From contig CAZKKG010000001.1 of assembly GCA_964553275.1 (NCBI GenBank), forward strand, positions 36,993 to 100,992: DNA of 64,000 bases, in the 5' to 3' direction. Position numbers and translations under genes: made by a program. This document shows positions 20,501 to 27,515 of the stretch, one piece after another. The DNA comes from an uncultured Candidatus Saccharibacteria bacterium. GTDB taxonomy: Bacteria > Patescibacteriota > Minisyncoccia > Minisyncoccales > CAZBVF01. Positions within the stretch are counted from its first letter, which is position 1; each line of letters begins with the position of its first letter. The notes under the pieces were generated by a model, which was given only the letters and a program-made list of their open reading frames with translations, ran no database searches and was not told where the DNA came from.

Positions 20501-20957
20501 CTACAAACCCAGTAGCTTCTTCTATCTTCCATGGTACTAATATATCTTCTCTGTACTTCTTTTGAAAACGATTCACTGCTTTTTCGGTTAATGGTCCAAA
20601 ATACCCACTCACTATCCCTTCGGGATAGATTTCCGGGTCTTGTTTTAACATCTGTTGAAGTTTTTCGACCTGCTCTCCGCTGTCTCCGTATCTTAACGTT
20701 GATGTCAACGGCTTAATTTCTTGTTCTGGCTTCTCATTGTCCTGAGATTTATTAGAATCTTCCTCGTCTTCACCTACCTCCTTTTGATCCTCCACTGGTT
20801 GCTGCTGGAGCTGATCAAATCTTTGTTGAATTTGAACAATTTGCTCTTTGAGTTCTTCAATTGTAATTGTTTTTGTTGTTGCTTTAACAACATCCGAGAA
20901 AAAGAAGCAAACGACAAGAATTACTAAAAGATAGAGAAAGGTTTTCTTGTTTTTCAT
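14589..20957 (-). CDS. Giant secreted S8 subtilisin-like protease (PG-binding domain, I9 prodomain, S8, FG-GAP repeats, Ig-like repeats, PKD-like domain)
   Basis: Signal peptide; LRYGDSGEQVEKLQQML...GYFGPLTEKAVNRFQ; catalytic VIDTG, HGTHCAG, GTSMATPH; DxNxDG repeats; repeated (I/V)(T/I)SP(K/N)GGE modules. Confidence 0.92.
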   Translation of the reverse strand: MKNKKTFLYLLVILVVCFFFSDVVKATTKTITIEELKEQIVQIQQRFDQLQQQPVEDQKEVGEDEEDSNKSQDNEKPEQEIKPLTSTLRYGDSGEQVEKLQQMLKQDPEIYPEGIVSGYFGPLTEKAVNRFQKKYREDILVPWKIEEATGFVGSMTLKKLNELYKDQCVSCGEEASLGKKEPLPEANESQESQTAETQQKTQQEVTILSGEHAGIYLTEKAEAGVYETFEDIPQESLELIPEEAGLEESEFQGYIIQFKEKSLISEWQELHNQAEKKAITSVQESAQFDSYRSDLNLTFQSYKTQLKAKISGFDQKIEREFKHVFNGIALDISQEEAEEIEKLDYIKEVFPNYKVRALLTDSVSLIRADEVWDLGYTGEGITIAVIDTGIDYTHPDLGGCLGSGCKVIGGYDFINNDSDPMDDHGHGTHCAGIAASNGNLKGVAPDAKLLAYKVLNDSGSGTFDQVIAGIEIAVDPNQDGDYSDHADIISLSLGCFNPVYCHQDDPPSLAVDEAVKAGVIAVVAAGNSGNGYETIGSPGTARKALTVGASCMTDQVGVHTYCDDKIAKFSSRGPTAAGVKPDVVAPGVEICSSQWDSAWNDKKCFDDEHTSISGTSMATPHIAGAAALIKQAHPDWSPEEIKMVLRNTALDLGYDIYTQGYGMIDVLKAVQAEKPSVAVLYNPVEIDGENFNVKGTVAGDSFNLYYVNGKDPEAKDWIEICSGLAVVTDDTLCNWDLRYLEDGEYTLKLIAKMGTEESEEFGFVNLDNIKITYPKDIRGEANWTNWQLRQAREVLPTWEEINIEGKVMGFGFKNYTIEWCDENYVNCTDKEIILTDNGNYPVNQNVLGKWNVASFTNPGYHYLKLTVYFEDRQEQVEDIKIYIDPAIHEGWPKEIDTIEGFEGYVLPLNGQPTLADINNNGQDNIIIAYGKNIHVFTHDGSYVSGWPREITNPYNIWGGMMQSGPAVADLNGDGHNEIVVGDNAGYLHILNYDGTYWDGWPKKLSDSKYPYIGPVSIEDINKDGELEMMFYNLSGYVYAVDVNGNYLEGFPAYPGGSFPKESIAVADLNNDGYGELISIFFNELYLLDHKGNILDGWPKAHGKYVKSVLGNMNDDDETEIVLGTLDGIYIYSWDGSVLDFIPIANLSHINGLSVGDIDKDGKLEIAMITNYGQGLHLFEKRDEGWQEADGFPIRDYSYRDGGDSSSHPLLGDLDTDIENEISIAIVDGDINVPRGELSELFAYSSDGSVVQNFPVKLNQTVFGTGSPMGDIDGDGKNELMTYTTAGSLLVWDMDGKSEDNEWPVFYHDSRHTNFYGEFLYPVEDSLTVISPNGGEKWSGKEKHKILWTSEGNIYSQLDVFIGGYDSNGNQTDDWKLIETEVSTAQGYFYWTPSNAPLNLPSCFSSIPVKYKIKIKETNGETDIIEDVSDDYFTIDFDPSIVITSPKGGEQITENEYLYINWEKYNWLGNKVGISLGGYSENGNQIDDWKKIITVSEGTAGLSWVPSQSNIFSTFSTLPVKYNIKLKEVLDSTETRTAAEDISDGYFTVDFVVAPSITVVSPNGGIFRVTKSSRIVWEQVEMEEKEVDILLAGYDENGKQIDDWKVIQAGVSADREFIFWLPRINDSVISSFSTFPDEYKIKIKETNGETDIIEDVSDDYFTIDFETLLTVISPNGGEEWVIGETYDITWESNGLDKVTIYLYGLSLRKTIVSNISASQGFYSWEISSDIDPDARYKIVVGCTEGSHFYSDDSDNYFSIVSEPPGNLPPVIDSIQSPAQLETNEKGTWIIEMHDPENESLTCTVSWGYEDVSEIANPDEYTIDSNNHIFVTFTHSYSEAGTYTIEFVVTDESDNTTKDSVIVEVIEEPPSIEESPFIIITSPKGGEQITKNEYLYIDWEKGNWTGSEIDISLGGYDNNGNQIDDWKKIMTVSERTAGLSWVPSQSDIFSTFSTLPVKYKIKLKEVLDSTETRTAVEDILNGYFTVDFVTSVNITSPKGGDRWYIGDTHDITWQAEGEGLITISIGPYLGGDRKTIAENVSASLGKYSWEVGTSLNGSVDPADDYKIVIINSTGLVGNWSGKFSITEQEQEEPLILRNIKGRLANISQTFSELVKGIKELLRGR
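14997..15209. repeat. Intragenic duplication B (other copy 16305-16517)
   Basis: Highly similar DNA encoding GNQIDDWKKI..VSE.TAGLSWVPSQS..FSTFSTLPVKY.IKLKEVLDSTETRTA..DI..GYFTVDFV; offset 1308 nt. Confidence 0.85.
15964..16048. repeat. Intragenic duplication A (other copy 16648-16732)
   Basis: 85 bp with 2 mismatches, encoding YKIKIKETNGETDIIEDVSDDYFTIDF; offset 684 nt. Confidence 0.9.
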
Positions 20958-21044
20958 AATATTATTTATTTCTTGTTAGTTTTTGACAAAAGTTGATAAC
21001 TTGCTTCAATATATAACTTTCTTTCATATATTAAAAGGTAAATC

Positions 21045-22787
21045 TCATATTTCTACCTCCTTTCTCTTCAAAACATTAATTAGTTTTTCTAAAGACAAGG
21101 TATTTATAATATCACCCTTTTCAGCCCATCCCCTTCTTGCTTGAAAAACACCAAATCTCATATTCTCCAACTGGCTAATATGGTGAGCATCTGAATTAAT
21201 AATCATTTTAATTCCCATTTCCTTTGCTATCCTTATATTTCTTTCATTTAAATCTAATCTTTTAGGATGAGCATTTATTTCCAAAACCACTCCGAAATCC
21301 TTAGCTGCTTTAAAAATCTTATCCCAGTCGGCCAAATATTCATCTCTCTGCTTAATTAACCTGCCCGTTGGATGGGCTAATATTTTAACATAGGGGTTTT
21401 TCATAGCTTTGATGATCCTTCTTGTCATTTCTTTTCTAGACATTTTAAAACTTGAATGCACTCCAGCAATAACATAATTAAGTTTTTTTAAAGCTTCATT
21501 CTTTATATCCAGCGAACCATCATTTAAGATGTTTGTTTCTGCCCCTTGTAAAATCTTAAATTTAACATTTGACATTTGAAACTTGGCATTTAACTTGTCT
21601 ATCTCCTTTCTCTGTTGGAAAAGTTCCTTCTCGTTTAATCCATGTTCTATTCTTAGAAACTTAGTATGATCGGAAATTCCTAGATATTGATACCCTATAT
21701 CAATACAGGCTTTTGCTATTTCTATAATATTGTCTGTTCCTCCATCCCACGAAGAATGGGAATGTAAGTCACCTTTTATATCTTCTAACTCTACTAATTC
21801 GGGCAGTTTTCCTTTGAGAGAAGCTTCTATTTCTCCTTTGTCCTCTCTAATTTCAGGAGGGATCCATTGTATGCCCAGAGATTCATAAACTTCTCTTTCG
21901 TTTTTTCCAGCTACCATCTTCTTACCTTTAAAAACTCCGTATTCATTCAACTTCAATCCCTTACTCATGGCTATCTTTCTTGTCCCAATATTATGTTCTT
22001 TGGAACCGGTAAAGTATTGTAAAGCTGCTCCGAAACTCTCTTTAGGGACAACTCTTAAATCAATCTCGAGACCTTGTCTTGTTCTGACAGATGATTTTGT
22101 TTCTCCTTTGCCCCAGATTTTTACAACACCAGGCATAGAAACAAAAAAATCCATTATCTTTTTTGGATTTTTTGTTGATATTAAAAGGTCTACATCGCCT
22201 ATTGTTTCTTTTCTTCTCCTGACAGATCCTGCTTCCGAAATGTTCTCTACTTCCTTTATTCTCTTAAATTCTTCTTTTATCTTTTCAACTTTTGCCAGCA
22301 CGTCTCCTAAAAGAAATCTCCCTTTGCTTTTCTTTAAAAAAGAAATACTCTGTAAAATGTTTTTTTCTGTTTTTTCCCCGAATCCGGGCAATTCTGCAAT
22401 CTTGTGCGACTTAGCTGCTTTTTCCAGGTCTTTTAAATTTCTTACTTTCAGTTTTTCATAAAGTATTTTTGCCATTCTCGGACCCACTCCCTCAACTGAA
22501 ATTAATTCCTCCATTTTGATAGGCGTTTTCTTTTTCAGTTCTTGGTAATATTTAATTTTTCCAGTTCTTAAATATTCTTCAATTTTTTCAGCAATACTTT
22601 CTCCAATTCCGGGAATTTTTTCTAAAGCATCTTTTCCTCCCTGAATATAGATTTTAGAAACATCTTTCTCTAAATTATCCAATTCCAAAGCAGCTTTCCT
22701 ATAAGCATAAGGTCTAAACTTTGCCTCTTCTGTTTTTAGAAGATTGGCAATCTCATAAAAGATTTTAGACAGTTCCTGATTTTTCAT
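21045..22787 (-). CDS. polX: DNA polymerase X family protein with PHP domain
   Basis: AYRKAA, HhH GIGESIAEKI, GSVRR...GDVD, DLR, YFTGSKEHN, PHP motifs DLHSHS, SDH, AHP, SDAH; start MKNQEL at 22787. Confidence 0.95.
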   Translation of the reverse strand: MKNQELSKIFYEIANLLKTEEAKFRPYAYRKAALELDNLEKDVSKIYIQGGKDALEKIPGIGESIAEKIEEYLRTGKIKYYQELKKKTPIKMEELISVEGVGPRMAKILYEKLKVRNLKDLEKAAKSHKIAELPGFGEKTEKNILQSISFLKKSKGRFLLGDVLAKVEKIKEEFKRIKEVENISEAGSVRRRKETIGDVDLLISTKNPKKIMDFFVSMPGVVKIWGKGETKSSVRTRQGLEIDLRVVPKESFGAALQYFTGSKEHNIGTRKIAMSKGLKLNEYGVFKGKKMVAGKNEREVYESLGIQWIPPEIREDKGEIEASLKGKLPELVELEDIKGDLHSHSSWDGGTDNIIEIAKACIDIGYQYLGISDHTKFLRIEHGLNEKELFQQRKEIDKLNAKFQMSNVKFKILQGAETNILNDGSLDIKNEALKKLNYVIAGVHSSFKMSRKEMTRRIIKAMKNPYVKILAHPTGRLIKQRDEYLADWDKIFKAAKDFGVVLEINAHPKRLDLNERNIRIAKEMGIKMIINSDAHHISQLENMRFGVFQARRGWAEKGDIINTLSLEKLINVLKRKEVEI

Positions 22788-23424
22788 TTTCTTCTCCGTT
22801 AAAGATGTTTTTAATATTGATTTTGAAACCTTGGTCAAAAACACCGCTAATATCATTTCTTAAACGGAGGAGTAAAAGAGTACCGATTAACCCTGAAATT
22901 CCAACAGTAATGAAAACGGGGTCAAAACCGAATTTACTTACCGCCCACCCTCCTAAAAGTCCTGTAATTCCAATACCCATTCCGCTTGCAGTATCGCTTA
23001 TGGCCCATTCGGTAGCTTCTTTGCCTCTATCAATATGTCTTGTAAAAATTGCAGACCATCCAGAAAGGCTGACAGCCATAGCTACAGCGTGAACCGTCTG
23101 TAAGGCATAAATATGTGCAGGCGTTCTGGCAAATATGAAGCCGAAAGGAACGAGAGCAGCAATAAATAATCCCGTGGTTACAAACCAGTAGTCATCTTTT
23201 TCCCCTAAGCATTTATCTAAGAACAACCCTATGGGAGTTCTTAGGGCAGATCTCAAAATCCAGTAAATACCTGCTGCTGCTCCAGCAACAAAAACAGAAC
23301 CACCTTCAATTCTTTCTACAATAAAAATGGAAAATATAGGAGTAATTAACCCCCAACCGCTCCAAAAGGCAAGGTCACTTAAAATTAAATATTTGATTAT
23401 ACGACTAACTTTCATCCTAAACAT
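22765..23424 (-). CDS. Half-size (about 6 TM) MFS transporter-like protein
   Basis: About six hydrophobic segments; motif-A-like PIGLFLDK..GEKDD; only 219 aa. Confidence 0.7.
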   Translation of the reverse strand: MFRMKVSRIIKYLILSDLAFWSGWGLITPIFSIFIVERIEGGSVFVAGAAAGIYWILRSALRTPIGLFLDKCLGEKDDYWFVTTGLFIAALVPFGFIFARTPAHIYALQTVHAVAMAVSLSGWSAIFTRHIDRGKEATEWAISDTASGMGIGITGLLGGWAVSKFGFDPVFITVGISGLIGTLLLLRLRNDISGVFDQGFKINIKNIFNGEENEKSGTV

Positions 23425-23510
23425 ATTGTCTTCATATTTTACGAGATACGAGAATATATCTAAAACAATTCTATATTTTTATTCTATCATAAATGGGCTA
23501 CAATGAGGTA

Positions 23511-24557
23511 ATGATAGAAATAGACGGTTCTATGGGAGAGGGCGGAGGACAAATATTGCGAACAGCTTGTGCCCTTTCTGCAATAACAAAAAAATCTTGT
23601 CATATTTTCAACATCAGAAATAACCGCAGCAATCCCGGATTAAAAGCCCAGCATCTCTGGGCTATCCGTTCTTTGGCCGAGCTTTCTAAGGCAGAGCTCC
23701 GAGGAGCCGCCATAAACTCAAAGAAAATTTGGTTCTCCCCAGAAGAAATAGAGAGTAGAGACATTAATATAAAAATAGATACCGCAGGAAGCATAACTTT
23801 AATTTTACAAGCACTGATACCTGTTTGCTTGTTCGCTCAAAGCCCCGTTAAAATTTCTTTCAAAGGAGGTGCCACTGATACTTTTTTTTCACCAACTTTT
23901 GATTATTTCAACCATGTTTTCTTAAGAATACTTGAAGGAATTGGAATAAAAGCTGAAACAAAAATTCTAAAAAGAGGATATTATCCTGAAGGCGAAGCTC
24001 AGGTAGAAATAGTTATTTCCCCTTCAAAAATAAAGAAAATTGATTTAACGGAAAGAGGAAATTTAAAAAGAATTTTGGCAATTTCCAGAGCCTCTGAACG
24101 TCTTAAAGAGAAAAAAGTTGTCGAGATGCAATTGGCCGGAGTGAAAGAGGTTCTTGGAAAATTAAACCTTCCTATTGAAGAAAAAAAGGAGTATCACCAG
24201 AGCCGATCCTTGGGAAGTTCTATTTGTTTAGCGGCAGAATTTGAAAATACCATCATCGGAAGTGATAGTTTAGGAAAACTTGGGAAAAGCGCTGAACAGA
24301 TAGGAATAGAAGCAGCTCTCCAGCTGTTAAAAGAGCAGAAATCAAACGCCTGCCTTGATGAGCATTTAGCTGATCAAATCCTACCTTATATGGCCTTGGG
24401 TTTTAAGAAATCAAGGATAACTGTTCCTGAAATAACAGAACATCTTAAAACCAATATTCAGGTAATTGAAAAATTTTTTAAAGGAACTTTTGAAATAAAA
24501 AATTGCCTTGAACAACAAAACAAATTTTTGATAAGTTGGGTTCCCGAGAATAATTAG
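23511..24557 (+). CDS. rtcA: RNA 3'-terminal phosphate cyclase
   Basis: MIEIDGS.GEGGGQILR, IR..RSNPGLKAQH, AGSITLILQ, GYYPEG, catalytic DEHLADQ. Confidence 0.95.
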   Translation: MIEIDGSMGEGGGQILRTACALSAITKKSCHIFNIRNNRSNPGLKAQHLWAIRSLAELSKAELRGAAINSKKIWFSPEEIESRDINIKIDTAGSITLILQALIPVCLFAQSPVKISFKGGATDTFFSPTFDYFNHVFLRILEGIGIKAETKILKRGYYPEGEAQVEIVISPSKIKKIDLTERGNLKRILAISRASERLKEKKVVEMQLAGVKEVLGKLNLPIEEKKEYHQSRSLGSSICLAAEFENTIIGSDSLGKLGKSAEQIGIEAALQLLKEQKSNACLDEHLADQILPYMALGFKKSRITVPEITEHLKTNIQVIEKFFKGTFEIKNCLEQQNKFLISWVPENN

Positions 24558-24570
24558 TAAACTTTCTATA

Positions 24571-24599
24571 TTGACAAAAAAAACAATAAAAGGTATAAT
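24571..24599 (+). promoter_or_regulatory. Consensus sigma70 promoter
   Basis: TTGACA (24571-24576), 17 bp, TATAAT (24594-24599); no plus-strand ORF downstream. Confidence 0.85.
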
Positions 24600-24605
24600 A
24601 ATACA

Positions 24606-24745
24606 TTCTTTAAAAAAAGTTTGAATTAGCAAAAAGCCTTCAGCCTTTTGAGAGTCTGCCTCTGCTACCTCCTTTAGAGGCCCCCCTTTCGGGGGATAAC
24701 GATCTTGTATCGAAAGATTCTCAAAAGAATGAAGGCTTTTTATTT
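24606..24745 (+). ncRNA. Candidate structured small RNA of unknown family
   Basis: Perfect promoter upstream; 12-bp plus 13-bp closing stem enclosing three hairpins; U-rich 3' end; G-U pairs favour the + strand. Confidence 0.55.
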
Positions 24746-24879
24746 CCTTTAAAAGCAAACTTTATAAACCGGCTGGGCCTAGAAAATTTCAATCACACTG
24801 GGAAGATGATTTATCAGAAACAAAATAATAATAAAGCAGACTATAACAACGATTAAAATATCAAATTTACTCATATAAT

Positions 24880-25629
24880 TTATTTTTTCATCTTATAGTA
24901 GATCAAACCGAAGTATTCATGGAAAGCTAAGTCGCTCTTTCTCAAATTCTTAGGGTTCGGAAAAAAATCTAAAATGGTTGCAGCTTTTTCCATTTTGAAA
25001 TCAACAGGAAACGGTACAGGATAGAGTCCTTCTTTTTCAAAAGCATAAACCGAACGAGGCATATGGTAAGCCGACGTTACTAAAAGAAAAGGGTCTTTAC
25101 CAACAACACTTTTAAGTTCCTGGGCTGCTTGATAAGTGTTGCGGGAAGAATCCTCAAGAATAATCTTTTCATCAGGAACTCCGAATGATCTTAAAAACTC
25201 AGAGATTACAATTCCATCCCTCACTTCAGGAAGGATAGGACTCGTCCCTGAGATAATAATAGTTGGTATTGCTTCTCTCTTTAAAAAAACTTCGAGTGCT
25301 CCAACCGTTCTATATAAAGTACTTTCATATAGTTTACTGTTCAAAGGATATAAATCCTCTTTTACTCCTCCCGTGAGCAAAACTATTTTAGAAATATTTT
25401 GAAAGGCATCCTCATTTAAAACTTCATACCTTACTTCCAGGGGGTAAATAAGAAGATTAGAAACTGGGGTTATTGAAAAAAAATAATACAGAACAACTGC
25501 CAGAATAATTAAAGACAAACCAATTTTCTTTTTGGAGAAAATTATTAAAAAGACCAAGCCCAATATAAATAAAAATAGAATGAAAACGCTTGGCAAAAGA
25601 AACATTTGAATAGTTTTGAAAAACAACAT
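24880..25629 (-). CDS. YdcF/ElyC (DUF218) family membrane protein
   Basis: TM N-terminus; IVLLTGG, IISG, LEDSSRNTYQ, LVTSAYHMPRS, HEYFG. Confidence 0.9.
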   Translation of the reverse strand: MLFFKTIQMFLLPSVFILFLFILGLVFLIIFSKKKIGLSLIILAVVLYYFFSITPVSNLLIYPLEVRYEVLNEDAFQNISKIVLLTGGVKEDLYPLNSKLYESTLYRTVGALEVFLKREAIPTIIISGTSPILPEVRDGIVISEFLRSFGVPDEKIILEDSSRNTYQAAQELKSVVGKDPFLLVTSAYHMPRSVYAFEKEGLYPVPFPVDFKMEKAATILDFFPNPKNLRKSDLAFHEYFGLIYYKMKK

Positions 25630-25706
25630 ATTTTAAAGAGTGGCGACTACCTTAATAAGCGAAAAACATTTTTCGTTCTTTACAAAAATCAATTTTGATA
25701 ATCCGC

Positions 25707-25973
25707 TTATATTTTGTAAACGTGGTAACCTTCTCTTACCTTCTGGTCGATTTTGAGCCCGAACGCATCCCCTTTTTTAACAGTTTGGACCTTTTCATGC
25801 TCCACTTCTATTGACTCAACTGTCTGTTCAAAGTCAGTATCCTCCCCTCCGACGATTCTAATTTTATCCCCAACTTTAAGAGTACCTGAAACCTCAATTA
25901 CAGCAACTCCGATATGATCAAAGTAATGAGTAACTTTTCCAATTAGTTTTCCTTCCTCAATTTTTTCCGGCAT
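25707..25973 (-). CDS. Small EF-Tu domain II-like beta-barrel protein (resembles the U32-family C-terminal domain)
   Basis: IGKVTHYFDHIGVAVI...LKVGDKIRI.G..TDFEQTVES...KKGD..GLK. Confidence 0.7.
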   Translation of the reverse strand: MPEKIEEGKLIGKVTHYFDHIGVAVIEVSGTLKVGDKIRIVGGEDTDFEQTVESIEVEHEKVQTVKKGDAFGLKIDQKVREGYHVYKI

Positions 25974-26082
25974 ATTTTTAACTTCAAAGATTAAATCTCA
26001 AAACTTTTTAAAAAAATTGTATTTGAGATGCAAACTTGAGATATAATGTTAAAATTTAAATACCCGACCTTTATTAAAAACT

Positions 26083-26631
26083 TTAACGTTTCTTTTTCTT
26101 CTTAGTAATCAACTTAACTAATTTTTGAACTAATCTTTTAGGGTCTGAATCGTAAATAATCATTGCCGCTCTTCTATGGGGCAGTTTTATCATTTGTTTA
26201 ATCATGTCGGCCGTTCCTCCCGAATCCGTTAATACTCCGATAGGCTTTTTGTCTTCAAAAGCAATGGTAAATTCATTTAAGGTGCCCATTCTTCCGCAGC
26301 AAATAATTACACCATCAGCAGCTCTGGTCATTAAAAGATTTCTCCCTGAATAATCGAATCCCGTATAGATCATGACATCAAAATAATCCAAAGGAAGGCG
26401 ATAAACTTTTTTATGAGCTATCTCTGAGGCGGCCGGAGAAAATCCAATACTAATTCCGCCCTCTTGTTTGCATCCTTGAGCAGAATAAAAAGGAGCTCCG
26501 GTCGTGGCACCCGTAACCAGAATGCAATTCTGCCGAACAATTTCTTTTCCGATTTCTCTTGAAGTCTCTTTAATGTTTATTGCGCAGTGCTCGATTTTAG
26601 AAGCACCGCTCACAGCAATTTTGTATCTCAT
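26083..26631 (-). CDS. LOG/SLOG family Rossmann-fold protein (TIGR00725-like)
   Basis: LVTGA..G, GGISIGFSP, GRNL, GRMGTLNEF. Confidence 0.85.
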   Translation of the reverse strand: MRYKIAVSGASKIEHCAINIKETSREIGKEIVRQNCILVTGATTGAPFYSAQGCKQEGGISIGFSPAASEIAHKKVYRLPLDYFDVMIYTGFDYSGRNLLMTRAADGVIICCGRMGTLNEFTIAFEDKKPIGVLTDSGGTADMIKQMIKLPHRRAAMIIYDSDPKRLVQKLVKLITKKKKKR

Positions 26632-26671
26632 ACCTATATCTTATCATAAAAGAGAATAAATTTGAAAAGTG

Positions 26672-26743
26672 TGTCCCTACTCCGATTCGAACGGAGATCC
26701 CGGCCTCCGGAGGGCCATACTTTGTCCATTAAGCTATAGGGAC
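26672..26743 (-). tRNA. tRNA-Arg(CCG), CCA not encoded
   Basis: GTCCCTA/TAGGGAC acceptor stem; anticodon arm TGGCC-CTCCGGA-GGCCG; T arm CTCCG-TTCGAAT-CGGAG. Confidence 0.96.
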
Positions 26744-26748
26744 AAATC

Positions 26749-27459
26749 CTATACCTTCTCTGCTATGATATATATGTTATGGCGATTCCCTTTTTCATTT
26801 CTTACAGTACCTGCATTTTTGACGGAAAAGCCAGCTTCTCTAAAAAGGTCGACTAGTTCTTTTTTAGAAAAAAAATGATAGTACCTGTTAAAACGAACAT
26901 TATCCTTGCTTTCTTTCCAGGGCAGAAATATATCTTTAAAATCAAGTTTTGATAAAAAAAGCAATTTTAAAAGAGTGAATTTCAAAAGAGACGATCTTAA
27001 TCTTTTCTCTCTAGCTTTCCAAACTGTCAAAACACACAATCCTTTTGGTTTTAAAACTCTCTTAATTTCTTTTAAAAACTTCAAACGCAATCTTTTTGAA
27101 GGAATATGATGTAAAACGGCAATGCTGTAGATTTTATCAAAACAGTTTTCAGAAAAAGGAAGATTAAAAGCATCAGCTGTTTTAAAGTCGGCATAAGGGT
27201 ATTTTTCTCTTGCTATCCCTATAAGGCTCTTACAATTATCTACTCCAATATAGTTTTCCGTATAATTTTTGATGACCTCGTAAAATCTTCCATTACCGCA
27301 CCCCAAGTCTAAAATCTTGTCATTAGGCTTAATATATTTTTCAAATAAAAATTTGATTTCAGGCCAAACCCTATTTCTGGTTGCTGAAAAATGTTCCACA
27401 ATCAGGTTATACCCTTTTAAGTTCTCTTTTAATAATTCGTCTGCGTATTCTTGTTTCAT
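26749..27459 (-). CDS. Class I SAM methyltransferase, Trm9/ALKBH8-like (candidate tRNA cm5U carboxyl methyltransferase)
   Basis: YNLI..HFSATR...WPE, LDLGCGNGR, SIAVLHHI..K..R, L.VW, DIFLPW, RYYHFF...EL match Trm9/ALKBH8 signature blocks. Confidence 0.75.
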   Translation of the reverse strand: MKQEYADELLKENLKGYNLIVEHFSATRNRVWPEIKFLFEKYIKPNDKILDLGCGNGRFYEVIKNYTENYIGVDNCKSLIGIAREKYPYADFKTADAFNLPFSENCFDKIYSIAVLHHIPSKRLRLKFLKEIKRVLKPKGLCVLTVWKAREKRLRSSLLKFTLLKLLFLSKLDFKDIFLPWKESKDNVRFNRYYHFFSKKELVDLFREAGFSVKNAGTVRNEKGNRHNIYIIAEKV

Positions 27460-27515
27460 TATTTTTCATTTTCAGAGTCTTTTAAAATATTCTAAAATGT
27501 AATAATATATCATCT

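Noticed and set aside
11306-20957. Genomic island integrated at tmRNA
   Set aside because: infC-rpmI-rplT separate it from ssrA; no integrase or duplicated ssrA 3' end was seen
24411-24758. 115-aa minus-strand ORF across the rtcA end and the structured region
   Set aside because: Antisense to rtcA with no motifs; the promoter and G-U pairs favour a plus-strand RNA
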